NCBI RefSeq assembly: GCF_963921235.1
Contig: NC_086108.1
Span: 78,494,001-78,558,000, forward strand
Origin: Mobula hypostoma
Lineage: Eukaryota
Direction: 5' to 3'
Length of the DNA stretch: 64,000 bases
The position numbers and the translations under genes were made by a program. Positions 10,621 to 22,144 of this stretch are shown in pieces (the stretch's first letter is position 1; every line of letters begins with the position of its first letter). The notes under the pieces were generated by a model. The model was not told the origin of the DNA and made no database searches. It saw only the letters and a program-made list of their open reading frames with translations.

Positions 10621-13600
10621 ATGTGGTGGAGGTCCTCACTGGCAGTGCTGGTGACTGGCGGATGTACAACAGCATTGTTAGGGGGCAGGAAATGTGATAT
10701 GTTAGTTGACACAGGGCCATCTGTATCGACAACTGACTTTTGCAGACAGGCTATTTATATTGAAGGCATAGGAGGGAAAACAGTGATAGCAGAAAAAAGC
10801 AAGTCGCAAACATTTGAAATGTTGGGGGGTGGGAATCAAATTAAAGCGGCTAGGTGTGAGGAGGTTAGTTCACAACAGAGGGATGGGAACCAGTGCAGAG
10901 AGACAGAGGGGTGTAAAGTGAGCGTAGAAGCAAAAAGTACAAAGGGGAAAAGTAAAAGTGGCAGGCCGACAAATCCAGGGCAAGCATTAAAAAGGGCTAA
11001 GAGAGTTGTAAAAGAGTGCCTGAAGGCTTTATGTGTCAATGCAAGGAGCATTCGTAATAAGGTGGATGAATTGAAAGTGCAGATTGTTATTAATGATTAT
11101 GATATAGTTGGGATCACAGAGACATGGCTCCAGGGTGACCAGGGATGGGAGCTCAACGTTCAGGGATATTCAATATTCAGGAGGGATAGACACGAAGGAA
11201 GGGGAGGTGGGGTGGCGTTGCTGGTTAAAAAAGAGATTAACGCAATAGAAAGGAAGGACATAAGCCGGGAAGATGTGGAATCGATATGGGTAGAGCTGCG
11301 TAACACTAAGGGGCAGAAGACGCTGGTGGGAGTTGTGTACAGGCCACCTAACAGTAGTAGTGAGGTCGGAGATGGTATTAAACAGGAAATTAGAAATGTG
11401 TGCAATAAAGGAACAGCAGTTATAATGGGTGACTTCAATCTACATGTAGACTGGGTGAACCAAATTGGTAAAGGTGCTGAGGAAGAGGATTTCTTGGAAT
11501 GTATGCGGGATGGTTTTTTGAACCAACATGTCGAGGAACCGACTAGAGAGCAGGCTATTCTGGACTGGGTTTTGAGCAATGAGGAAGGGTTAATTAGCGA
11601 TCTTGTCGTGAGAGGCCCCTTGGGTAAGAGTGACCATAATATGGTGGAATTCTTCATTAACATGGAGAGTGACGTAGTTAATTCAGAAACAAAGGTTCTG
11701 AACTTAAAGAGGGGTAACTTTGAAGGTATGAGACATGAATTAGCTAAGATAGACTGGCAAATGACACTTCAAGGATTGACGGTGGATATGCAATGGCAGG
11801 CATTTAAAGGTTGCATGGATGAACTACAACAATTGTTCATCCCAGTTTGGCAAAAGAATAAATCAAGGAAGGTAGTGCACCCGTGGCTGACAAGAGAAAT
11901 TAGGGATAGTATCAATTCCAAAGAAGTAGCATACAAATTAGCCAGAGAAAGTGGCTCACCTGAGGACTGGGAGAAATTCAGAGTTCAGCAGAGGAGGACA
12001 AAGGGCTTAATTAGGAAGGGGAAAAAAGATTATGAGAGAAAACTGGCAGAGAACATAAAAACGGACTGTAAAAGCTTTTATAGATATGTAAAAAGGAAAA
12101 GACTGATAAAGACAAATGTAGGTCCCCTGCAAACAGAAACAGGTGAATTGATTATGGGGAGCAAGGACATGGCAGACCAATTGAATAATTACTTTGGTTC
12201 TGTCTTCACTAAGGAGGACATAAATAATCTTCCAGAAATAGTAAGGGACAGAGGGTCCAGTGAGATGGAGGAACTGAGCGAAATACATGTTAGTAGGGAA
12301 GTGGTGTTAGGTAAATTGAAGGGATTGAAGGCAGATAAATCCCCAGGGCCAGATGGTCTGCATCCCAGAGTGCTTAAGGAAGTGGCCCAAGAAATAGTGG
12401 ATGCATTAGTGATAATTTTTCAAAACTCGTTAGATTCTGGACTAGTTCCTGAGGATTGGAGGGTGGCTAATGTAACCCCACTTTTTAAAAAAGGAGGGAG
12501 AGAGAAACCGGGGAATTATAGGCCGGTTAGCCTAACGTCGGTGGTGGGGAAACTGCTGGAGTCAGTTATCAAGGATGTGATAACAGCACATTTGGAAAGC
12601 GGTGAAATGATCGGACAAAGTCAGCATGGATTTGTGAAAGGAAAATCATGTCTGACGAATCTCATAGAATTTTTTGAGGATGTAACTAGTAGAGTGGATA
12701 GGGGAGAACCAGTGGATGTGGTATATTTGGATTTTCAAAAGGCTTTTGACAAGGTCCCACATAGGAGATTAGTGTGCAAACTTAAAGCACACGGTATTGG
12801 GGGTAAGGTATTGGTGTGGGTGGAGAATTGGTTAGCAGACAGGAAGCAAAGAGTGGGAATAAACGGGACCTTTTCAGAATGGCAGGCGGTGACTAGTGGG
12901 GTACCGCAAGGCTCAGTGCTGGGACCCCAGTTGTTTACAATATATATTAATGACTTGGATGAGGGAATTAAATGCAGCATCTCCAAGTTTGCGGATGACA
13001 CGAAGCTGGGTGGCAGTGTTAGCAGTGAGGAGGATGCTAAGAGGATGCAGGGTGACTTGGATAGGTTGGGTGAGTGGGCAAACTCATGGCAGATGCAATT
13101 TAATGTGGATAAATGTGAAGTTATCCACTTTGGTGGCAAAAATAGGAAAACAGATTATTATCTGAATGGTGGCCGATTAGGAAAAGGGGAGGTGCAACGA
13201 GACCTGGGTGTCATTATACACCAGTCATTGAAAGTGGGCATGCAGGTACAGCAGGCGGTGAAAAAGGCGAACGGTATGCTGGCATTTATAGCGAGAGGAT
13301 TCGAGTACAGGAGCAGGGAGGTACTACTGCAGTTGTACAAGGCCTTGGTGAGACCACACCTGGAGTATTGTGTGCAGTTTTGGTCCCCTAATCTGAGGAA
13401 AGACATCTTTGCCATAGAGGGAGTACAAAGAAGGTTCACCAGATTGATTCCTGGGATGGCAGGTCTTTCATATGAAGAAAGACTGGATGAACTGGGCTTG
13501 TACTCGTTGGAATTTAGAAGATTGAGGGGGGATCTGATTGAAACGTATAAGATCCTAAAGGGATTGGACAGGCTAGATGCAGGAAGATTGTTCCCGATGT

Positions 13601-13821
13601 TGGGGAGGTCTAGAACGAGGGGTCACAGTTTGAGGATAGAGGGGAAGCCTTTTAGGACCGAGGTTAGGAAAAACTTCTTCACACAGAGAGTGGTGAATCT
13701 GTGGAATTCTCTGCCACAGCAAACTGTTGAGGCCAGTTCATTAGCTATGTTTAAAAGGAAGTTAGATATGGCCCTTGTGGCTACAGGGGTCAGGGGGTAT
13801 GGAGGGAAGGCTGGGTTCTGA
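10621..13821 (+). CDS. 1066-aa ORF: ERV protease N-half fused in frame to intact CR1 ORF2 (APE endonuclease + RT)
   Basis: MLVDTG at the N-terminus, then endonuclease motifs NARS, TETW, VYRPP, GDFN, LDWV, SDH and RT motifs [25 protein letters not shown]. No stops. Expression is not shown. Confidence 0.75.
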   Translation: MWWRSSLAVLVTGGCTTALLGGRKCDMLVDTGPSVSTTDFCRQAIYIEGIGGKTVIAEKSKSQTFEMLGGGNQIKAARCEEVSSQQRDGNQCRETEGCKVSVEAKSTKGKSKSGRPTNPGQALKRAKRVVKECLKALCVNARSIRNKVDELKVQIVINDYDIVGITETWLQGDQGWELNVQGYSIFRRDRHEGRGGGVALLVKKEINAIERKDISREDVESIWVELRNTKGQKTLVGVVYRPPNSSSEVGDGIKQEIRNVCNKGTAVIMGDFNLHVDWVNQIGKGAEEEDFLECMRDGFLNQHVEEPTREQAILDWVLSNEEGLISDLVVRGPLGKSDHNMVEFFINMESDVVNSETKVLNLKRGNFEGMRHELAKIDWQMTLQGLTVDMQWQAFKGCMDELQQLFIPVWQKNKSRKVVHPWLTREIRDSINSKEVAYKLARESGSPEDWEKFRVQQRRTKGLIRKGKKDYERKLAENIKTDCKSFYRYVKRKRLIKTNVGPLQTETGELIMGSKDMADQLNNYFGSVFTKEDINNLPEIVRDRGSSEMEELSEIHVSREVVLGKLKGLKADKSPGPDGLHPRVLKEVAQEIVDALVIIFQNSLDSGLVPEDWRVANVTPLFKKGGREKPGNYRPVSLTSVVGKLLESVIKDVITAHLESGEMIGQSQHGFVKGKSCLTNLIEFFEDVTSRVDRGEPVDVVYLDFQKAFDKVPHRRLVCKLKAHGIGGKVLVWVENWLADRKQRVGINGTFSEWQAVTSGVPQGSVLGPQLFTIYINDLDEGIKCSISKFADDTKLGGSVSSEEDAKRMQGDLDRLGEWANSWQMQFNVDKCEVIHFGGKNRKTDYYLNGGRLGKGEVQRDLGVIIHQSLKVGMQVQQAVKKANGMLAFIARGFEYRSREVLLQLYKALVRPHLEYCVQFWSPNLRKDIFAIEGVQRRFTRLIPGMAGLSYEERLDELGLYSLEFRRLRGDLIETYKILKGLDRLDAGRLFPMLGRSRTRGHSLRIEGKPFRTEVRKNFFTQRVVNLWNSLPQQTVEASSLAMFKRKLDMALVATGVRGYGGKAGF

Positions 13822-13918
13822 GTTGGATGATCAGCCATGATCATAATAAATGGCGGTGCAGGCTCGAAGGGCCGAATGGCCTACTCCTGCACCTATTTTC
13901 TATGTTTCTATGTTTCTA
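10821..13918 (+). mobile_element. Young CR1 LINE, 5'-truncated at the ORF1/ORF2 boundary
   Basis: Complete ORF2 and a (tttctatg)n tail. Candidate TSD tgaaat at 10815-10820 and 13919-13924. ERV protease sequence resumes after the tail. Confidence 0.95.
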
Positions 13919-14711
13919 TGAAATCATCAGAGTGCAGCTTCTGGGTCTATCCAAATACTGAGGGCACGATCCTTGGAATAGACATAGTAAGGGAAGCAGG
14001 AGCTGTTATAGATTCAGGAAAGGGAGAAATAATATGGACAAGTCAGGGGCAGAGAACACATACTATCAATAGAGTACACACAACCTTGCCAGCATAGCCG
14101 CAGCTACCCTGATCGTCAGAGACTGGAACCAGGATGGTGTCTGTGGGTTATTTTGTCAACAGTTCCCACAGTTTGGGCTAGGAACAAGCAAGATTGTGGT
14201 CGAGTAAAGGTAAACCCTGTTAAAATAGAGGGGGTCATGTATAAACCCCTATAAGCTGTATCCTATAAAAACTGACACACTGACAGCTGTTCGCAAGTCA
14301 GTAACTATAGTTAGGGATACTGGAATGAATCCTGCAAGCACCACCCTAAAAGAAAGGGGAAGGCACACTTGTGACAAATGGAAATAGAACAGGGAGAAGA
14401 TATCAGTGTGAAGGAAACAACTCTCGCAGGGGAAGCAGAGGACATTTTTATTGATAGGTGTCTGAGTTACACAAACAGGAAGCCACAGACTGGGTGGACC
14501 ATGGTGAAGGAAACAGGTGAAGAATTAGCTTCAGGAGCAGTGCCAGGGGGTTGTTCAGCTCAGGTGACAGAACTAGTGGGTCTGATAGAAGGAGTGTGTG
14601 ACAGTAAAGGCAGACAAGCAAAGATACAGCTGGTGTGACTTCAGGGTGGTGAATGATTATCTGATGGCATGTGCACATCGAGGATTTGTAACGTCAACAG
14701 GGGCAGGTATG

Positions 14712-15148
14712 CAGCACGGGCACCTCATACAACAACCGCTGGAAGCAGTGGTGCTTGTGTTCAGCACGGGCACCACATACAACAACCGCTGGAAGCAGTG
14801 GTGCTTGTGTTCAGCACGGGCACCACATACAACAACCGCTGGAAGCAGTGGTGCTTGTGTTCAGCACGGGCACCTCATACAACAACCGCTGGAAGCAGTG
14901 GTGCTTGTGTTCAGCACGGGCACCTCATACAACAACCGCTGGAAGCAGTGGTGCTTGTTTTCAGCACGGGCACCTCATACAACAACCGCTGGAAGCAGTG
15001 GTGCTTGTGTTCAGCACGGGCACCACATACAACAACCGCTGGAAGCAGTGGTGCTTGTGTTCAGCACGGGCACCTCATACAACAACCGCTGGAAGCAGTG
15101 GTGCTTGTGTTCAGCACGGGCACCTCATACAACAACTGCTGGAAGCAG
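14712..15148 (+). repeat. 50-bp minisatellite, ~8.7 copies, inside ERV RNase H
   Basis: Unit cagcacgggcacctcatacaacaaccgctggaagcagtggtgcttgtgtt repeats at 14712, 14762 ... 15112 with only isolated substitutions. Confidence 0.95.
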
Positions 15149-17142
15149 GGAATCTGCCAGCAAAGGTGGCAGTAATTAAAGGAAAAGCTCACCAGAAAGG
15201 GGAGAGTAAGAACAGTAAGGAAATGAGTGGGCAGCCATCACTGCGAAGAAGGCTGCAGAGGAACAAGAGGCAATTGAAATTGCAAATATGCAGGAAGAAA
15301 CTGAAGCCGGTTAAGTAAAATTAAATGAAGAGGTGGAGACAGGAGAAGGAGAAATAGAAGAGAAAGGGAGCAAAGGAGGGACAAGATGGGAGCTGGACTC
15401 ACAGGGAGGAAGGAGTCGTGATGCTCCCACCATATACGAGGCAGATACTACTGAAGTTATATCATGGGGTGATGCATCAGGGAAGGCGGACCATGACCAT
15501 GAACATGACCCTCCAGCAGGACCCTCTTGGTGGCCAGGGATGGGCAAGAATGTTGAGAAATTCTGCCGCCGTTGAATCATTTGTGCCCGGCATAACTCTG
15601 GTAAGGGCAGAAAGCTACTATATTATTACGGACCACTTCTCCCGGTGGGTAGAGGCTTTCCCAACAAGAGACTGCACCACCAGCACCGCTGTACGGATCC
15701 TAGTTCAGGAAATCCTCCCAAGGTGGGGAACCGCAGTTCAGGTGGACTCGGATCAGGGAGCACATTTCACAGGGAAAGTGATGAAGGAAATGTGCCGACT
15801 GCCAGGGATTCAACAATGGTTCCACGTACCCTACCAGCCTCAGAGAAAGAAAAGATTAACTGAACAATGGAGAATGCCTTTGCAAAAGCTATAATTGAGA
15901 CAGGAAAGACATGGATGATGTAATTACTGTACTAGAAATCTGATGAGATCGTGAACAACCCCAAACCGCACGCTGGGTCTCATCCTCTACAAATTATTGA
16001 TGGGGCAAGCAATATGACTATCTTATGGGGTAATTACGGGTTGCAGTGAACCTGGGACTGACAGAGATAGAACAGCACAATTTGTAACCAACTTAAAGAG
16101 TTGAAGGTCCAAGCAAAACAACAGCAGTGTATTACTGAACAGAGGGAGCTGGAGAGAAAGGACATGGTCCTCCACAGCCGGGTGAGCGTGCTGCCTGAAA
16201 GGGCAAGGTTTGCTCTCAGATGGATAGGACCACAGATGGTACTTTTAACAAGTGACACATGTGTCTGTGTGCAGACTTGGTGACGCAGCCAGTGAAAACA
16301 CTGGACTCAGGTTAAACTGTACAACTCACCTTCTTGTTGCCCCCCCAAAAGACAGAGCAGAGGATCACGTGTACCCAGTAACCATGTAATTACAGAGAAT
16401 CTAAGAGATGAACACCAGACCTGACCACAGTTGATGGAAACAGACCCACAGGAAACATGCCGAGAGCATGACAGAAATCTGTGAATAGCATGCTGAAATG
16501 TAACAGTAACAGCATTTTGTAATGAAGGCTGGTTTCTGAAGGTAGATCATTAGTTGAATCACATGGAATAGAAATGATGTTGGGGAAAATAGATGGGGAG
16601 GGATTTAAGTTAAAGCAGAGACATTAGGTTCCACAACTTCACTGGCATGGCAGATTGAGAAAGATTGCACACGGCATCTGAAAGCAGTCACCCCCAGTTT
16701 GAATGGGGAGTGAATTCAAGTGAGCCGGGCCCTTTCAGTGGTTGGGCCAGCGATTGACTGGACAGTTTGGAAGTGGGTGCCAATGGGGAAAGGTCCTTTC
16801 AGTCATTCAAATGGAGACCTCCCCAACTCCTTCCTGTACATCAATGAGAGGGCCTGCAAGCCTGATGCACTTAGCTTGCTGGTGCCCCTGGAAAGAGAGA
16901 GCTTTTGCTACAAGAGGATGAAGGGGTGAAGACAAGGAATATGACTAAGCTGAAATTGGCCTGCAGAAGAAGAGCCAAAAGACATGAGAATGAGCTGCAG
17001 CTCGAAAGACTGTTGTTCAAGTTTCTGGAACAATCTCTCTGCTTAACATTTTGTAGGTAGTGATTAGGGGTGACAGGGTAGATATAGATACACATGAAGT
17101 AATTGGGGGTGGGGATAATGGAATTCTGAGGGAGGGCATTTC

Positions 17143-17571
17143 TGCTGCCCTATTTGAGTAGATCCTCCTTAAGGTTGGCTCTTACTGGTACAAATTTATT
17201 TTTGTCTTGGAGGGCCAAGAGTAGACAGTTAGAGCAATTTTTGGGTTTAGCACATCCAGCAAATAACTTCAGCCACCAATCTTCAAATCTGAATATAGAT
17301 TGTAGATTAATTTAAAAAGCAGTTCTGAATAATAGGTTCCTAAAAGCCTTGAATCACAGATCAGACAATGCTGATTAAAAGTCATTTAGACGTCTGTGGT
17401 GTGGGTGCACATATGGATGTCTAGGACATAAAATATTGGGTAGTTTTGGGCCAGTGAAACCTTTCCACTGAAAGCATTTCAATATGATGCCTGCTGTGTC
17501 TTGTTTCGACAAATAAAGAGGCTGCTTCATCTTTACCAGTACTTTTTTCCAGTGACTTTATTCCTGCAACA
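17143..17571 (+). repeat. Putative 3' LTR of the ERV
   Basis: Purine tract gagggaggg at ~17128-17136, AATAAA at 17512-17517, and end ...TGCAACA abutting unrelated Gypsy RT sequence. The start position is uncertain. Confidence 0.45.
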
Positions 17572-18215
17572 CCAATGTTAATCCCAGATGGCTTCCCCAG
17601 CCACTGATAACTCCCACAGGTACATCATGTGTCATTAGAAATGTGCTCCAACTGTCAAGCTCTATATCCCAAAATCATTACTTGGCACCCAGCATGCTGA
17701 TGATTGTTGATCTGCTCAGATCGAGCAGGAAACCTTCAATTGTCTTCATTAAATACTAGTCCCCCTTCAGTACCTGGTTCAAATTATTTGGAACCAAACA
17801 GATTCCTAGTTTCTCCACATACACCAAGTTTGGTACACTAATGATAGTGCCACTGCCATGATGATCTCTGCCTCTGTCAATCTTTCAAACACAACTTTCT
17901 TTTTCTCTTTGACAGTTATTGGAACACATCTTAGCACTCCTGTAACTCGTAGTGATATCTTCTCTTCAGCTTTTCAATTACTTCTAACACATCTGCAAAG
18001 TCATCTCACAGCTGCTTCTTGTTGAGCACAGATCTGACATCTGTAGAAGCCTGTACTCAGCAAGTTTTCCATATGTGCTATTATCTATTCCATTTCCAGG
18101 GTTGCACAGCTCCAGAAAACTGGCACAGAGCTCACTTCTTAAACAACAAACTCTTTTATACTTCTGCTATCATTTCTATTTTTCATTTTCAGCTTGCATT
18201 GTCTTTGGGAAGTAA
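17572..18215 (-). pseudogene. Ancient Gypsy protease C-terminus and RT N-terminal remnant
   Basis: Collinear Gypsy pol motifs: EFVV..., DFADVL, RCVPITVKEK..FERL, KLGICLVPNNLNQVLK..YLMKTIE, MLGAK**FWDIELD, GSYQWLGKPSGI. Confidence 0.75.
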
Positions 18216-18452
18216 CATTACATAGTTAAATATTTGTTTACACTTTATTTGACTCTTTAAGCTTACTTGCATATGTGATGCATGTTATATAGCACATAGA
18301 TAAGTTGATTGAAGAGACAAATCAAGAGTTAACAATATACAACCATATAACTGTTTTTTCCCCCAAGGACATTGTCTGACTGTGAGTGTAGCTTTCCCCT
18401 TTCTACTTACAAAGAACTGTATTGGTTTCTTGGCATTCACTACTCTATTTAT

Positions 18453-20529
18453 AAACAATAGACAATAGGTGCAGGAGTAGACCATTCAGCCCTTCGAGCC
18501 AGCACCGCCATTCACTGTGATCATGGCTGATCATCCACAATCGGTATCCAGTTCCTGCCTTATCCCCATAACCTTTGATTCCGCTATCTTTAAGAGCTCT
18601 ATCCATCTCTTTCTTGAAAGCATCCAGAGACTTGGCCTCCACAGCCTTCTGGAGCAGAGCATTCCATATATCCACCACTCTCTGGGTGAAAAAGTTTTTC
18701 CTCAAATCCGCTCTAAATGGCCTACCCCTTATTCTTAAACTGTGGCCCCTGGTTCTGGACTCACCCATCAGCGGCAACATGCTTCCTGCCTCCAGCGTGT
18801 CCAATCCCTTAATAATCTTATATGTTTCAATAAGATCCCCTCTCAGCCTTCTAAATTCCAGAGTACACAAGCCCAGTCGCTCCAATCTTTCGACATATAA
18901 CAGTCCCGCCATCCCGGGAATTAACCTTGTGATCCCACGCTACACTCCCTCAATAGCAAGAATGTCCTTCCTCAAATTTGGAGACAAAAACTGCACACAG
19001 TACTCCAGGTGTAGTCTCACCAGGCCCCTGTACAGCTGCAGAAGGACCTCTTTGCTCTTATACTCAATTTCCCTTGTTATGAAGGCCAGCATGCCATTAG
19101 CTTTCTTCACTGCCTGCTGTACTTGCATGCTTGCTTTCAGTGACTGATGTACAAGAACACCTAGATCTTGTTGTACTTCCCCTTTTCCTAACTTGACTCC
19201 ATTTAGATAATAATCTGCCTTCCTGTTCTTACCACCAAAGTGGATAACCTCACATTCATCCACATTAAACTGCATCTGCCATGCAACTGCCCACTCACCC
19301 AGCCTGTCCAAGTCACCCTGCATTCTCATAACATCCTCCTCATATTTCACACTGCCACCCAGCTTTGTGTCATCAGCAAATTTGCTAATGTTACTTTTAA
19401 TTCCCTCATCTAAATCATTAATATATATTGTAAACAGCTGTGGTCCCAGCACTGAACCCTGCGGTACCCCACTGGTCACTGCCTGCCATTCCAAAAGGGA
19501 CCCGTTAATCGCTACTCTTTGTTTTCTGTCAGCCAGCCAATTTTCAATCCATGTCAGTACTCTGCCCCCAATACCATGTGCCCTAATTTTGCCTACTAAT
19601 CTCCTCTGTGGGACTTTATCAAAGGCTTTCTGAAAGTCCAGGTACACTACATCCACTGGCTCTCCCTTGTCCATTTTCATAGTTACATCCTCAAAAAATT
19701 CCAGAAGATTAGTCAAGCACGATTTCCCCTTCGTAAATCCATGCTGACGCGGACCGATCCTGTTACTGCTATCCAGATGTGTTGTAATTTCATCTTTTAT
19801 AATTGACTCCAGCATCTTTCCCACCACTGACGTCAGGCTAACTGGTCTATAATTCCCCGTTTTCTCTCTTCCTCCCTTCTTGAAGAGAGGGACAACATTA
19901 GCCACCCTCCAATCCGCAGGAACTGATCCTGAATCTATAGAACATTGGAAAATGATTACCAATGCGTCCACAATTTCTAAAGCCACCTCCTTAAGTACCC
20001 TGGGATGCAGACCATCAGGTCCCAGGGACTTATCAGCCTTCAGACCCAACAGCCTATCCAACACCATTTCCTGCCTAATATAAATTTCCTTCAGTTCATC
20101 CATTACCCTAGGTTTTTTGGCCACTATTATATCTGGAAGATTGATTGTGTCTTCCCTAGTGAAGACAGATCCAAAGTACCTGTTCAGCTCGTCTGCTATT
20201 TCCTTGTTCCCCATAATAAATTCACCTGCTTCTGTCTTAAAGGGCCCAATTTTGCTCTTAACTATTTTTTTCCTTTTCACATACCTAAAGAAGCTTTTAC
20301 TATCCTCCTTTATATTCTTGGCTAGTTTACCTTCGTACCTCATTTTTTCTCCACATATTGCCTTTTTAGTTACCTTCTGTTGCTCTTTAAAAGTTTTCCA
20401 ATCCTCCGGCTTCCCACTCGTCTTTGCTATGTTATACTTCTTCTCTTTTATTTTTATACTGTCCATTACTTCCCTTGTCAGCCACGGCCTCCCCTTACTC
20501 CCCTTAGGATCTTTCTTCCTCTTTGGAAT
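18453..20529 (-). mobile_element. CR1 LINE (second subfamily), RT region to tail
   Basis: ORFs 18940-20541 and 18445-18912 give a CR1 RT with one break. Tail (ctattgt)n at ~18453. Confidence 0.95.
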
Positions 20530-22073
20530 GAAGTAGCCCAAGAAATAGTGGAAGCATTAGTGATAATTTTTCAAAACTCGTTAGATTCTGGACTAGTTCC
20601 TGAGGATTGGAGGGTGGCTAATGTAACCCCACTTTTTAAAAAAGGAGGGAGAGAGAAACCGGGCAACTATAAACCAGTTAGCCTAACGTTGGTGGTGGGG
20701 AAACTGCTGGAGTCAGTTATCAAAGATGTGATAACAGCACATTTGGAAAGCGGTGAAATCATCGGACAAAGTCAGCATGGATTTGTGAAAGGAAAATCAT
20801 GTCTGACGAATCTCATAGAATTTTTTGAGGATGTAACTAGTAGAGTGGATAGGGGAGAACCAGTGGATGTGGTATATTTGGATTTTCAAAAGGCTTTTGA
20901 CAAGGTCCCACACAGGAGATTAGTGTGCAAACGTAAAGCACATGGTATTGGAGGTAAGGTATTGATGTGGATAGAGAATTGGTTAGCAGACAGGAATCAA
21001 AGAGTGGGAATAAACGGGACCTTTTCAGAATGGCAGGCAATGACTAGTGGGGTACCGCAAGGCTCAGTGCTGGGACCCCAGTTCTTTACAATATATATTA
21101 ATGACTTGGATGAGGGAATTAAATGCAGCATCTCCAAGTTTGCGGATGACACGAAGCTGGGCGGCAGTGTTAGCTGTGAGGAGTATGCTAAGAGGATGCA
21201 GGGTGACTTGGATAGGTTGGGTGAGTGGGCAAATTCATGGCAGATGCAATTTAATGTGGATAAATGTGAAGTTATCCACTTTGGTGGCAAAAATAGGAAA
21301 ACAGATTATTATCTGAATGGTGGCCAATTGGGAAAAGGGGAGGTGCAACGAGACCTGGGTGTCATTATACACCAGTCATTGAAAGTGGGCATGCAGGTAC
21401 AGCAGGCAGTGAAAAAGGCGAATGGTATGCTGGCATTTATAGCGAGAGGATTCGAGTACAGGAGCAGGGAGGTACTACTGCAGTTGTACAAGGCCTTGGT
21501 GAGACCACACCTGGAGTATTGTGTGCAGTTTTGGTCCCCTAATCTGAGGAAAGACATCCTTGCCATAGAGGGAGTACAAAGAAGGTTCACCAGATTGATT
21601 CCTGGGATGGCAGGACTTTCATATGAAGAAAGACTGGATGAACTAGGCTTGTACTCGTTGGAATTTAGAAGATTGAGGGGGGATCTGATTGAAACGTATA
21701 AAATCTTAAAGGGATTGGACAGGCTAGATGCAGGAAGATTGTTCCCGATGTTGGGGAAGTCCAGAACGAGGGGTCACAGTTTGAGGATAAGGGGGAAGCC
21801 TTTTAGGACTGAGATTAGGAAAAACTTCTTCACACAGAGAGTGGTGAATCTGTGGAATTCTCTGCCACAGGAAACAGTTGAGGCCAGTTCATTGGCTATA
21901 TTTAAGAGGGAGTTAGATATGGCCCATGTGGCTACGGGGATCAGGGGGTATGGAGGGAAGGCTGGTGCAGGGTTCTGAGTTGGATGATCAGCCATGATCA
22001 TAATAAATGGCAGTGCAGGCTCGAAGGGCCGAATGGCCTACTCCTGCACCTATTTTCTATGTTTCTATGTTTC
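20530..22073 (+). mobile_element. Young CR1 LINE, 5'-truncated, joined head-to-head to the previous copy
   Basis: Nearly identical to ~12379-13918. Open RT frame ending at 21978. (tttctatg)n tail. Confidence 0.95.
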
Positions 22074-22144
22074 TTCCGCATTATTCCCAGAAACACTTGC
22101 CATTGCTGTTCCACTGTCATCCCTGCTAGGGTATTGTTCCATTG

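Larger units (their letters stand above)
9190..17571 (+). mobile_element. Defective endogenous retrovirus (class I / epsilon-like), gag-pro-(RT mostly deleted)-RNase H-integrase
   Basis: Zn knuckle CLMCQQPGHVARNC plus an interrupted second knuckle. Protease LVDTG...ILGID. RNase H SAQVTELVGL...RGFVTS..LLEA.NLPAKVAVIKGKAHQ. Integrase WWPGM, DHFSRWVEAFPT, DSDQGAHFTG, HVPYQPQ, RWIGP..VLLTS, HWTQVK. The 5' boundary is approximate and no 5' LTR was found. Confidence 0.85.

Noticed and set aside
11160..13844. Antisense ORFs over CR1 (also at 18.5-22 kb and 62.7-63.8 kb)
   Set aside because: Shadow frames of CR1 ORF2 repeated in each copy, with no independent evidence.
14636..14656. DFRVVN resembling the RT motif DLR.VN
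   Set aside because: Flanking residues (…DYLMACAHRGFVTS) align with retroviral RNase H YAF.VV.D….W..RGF, not RT.
14712..15148. CRISPR-like array or repetitive protein ORFs in three frames
   Set aside because: Units are contiguous with no unique spacers, the context is eukaryotic, and the ORFs arise from a stop-free 50-bp unit.
20380..20529. Hydrophobic N-terminus of the 532-aa ORF as a signal or membrane segment
   Set aside because: It is the antisense reading of the adjacent minus-strand CR1.
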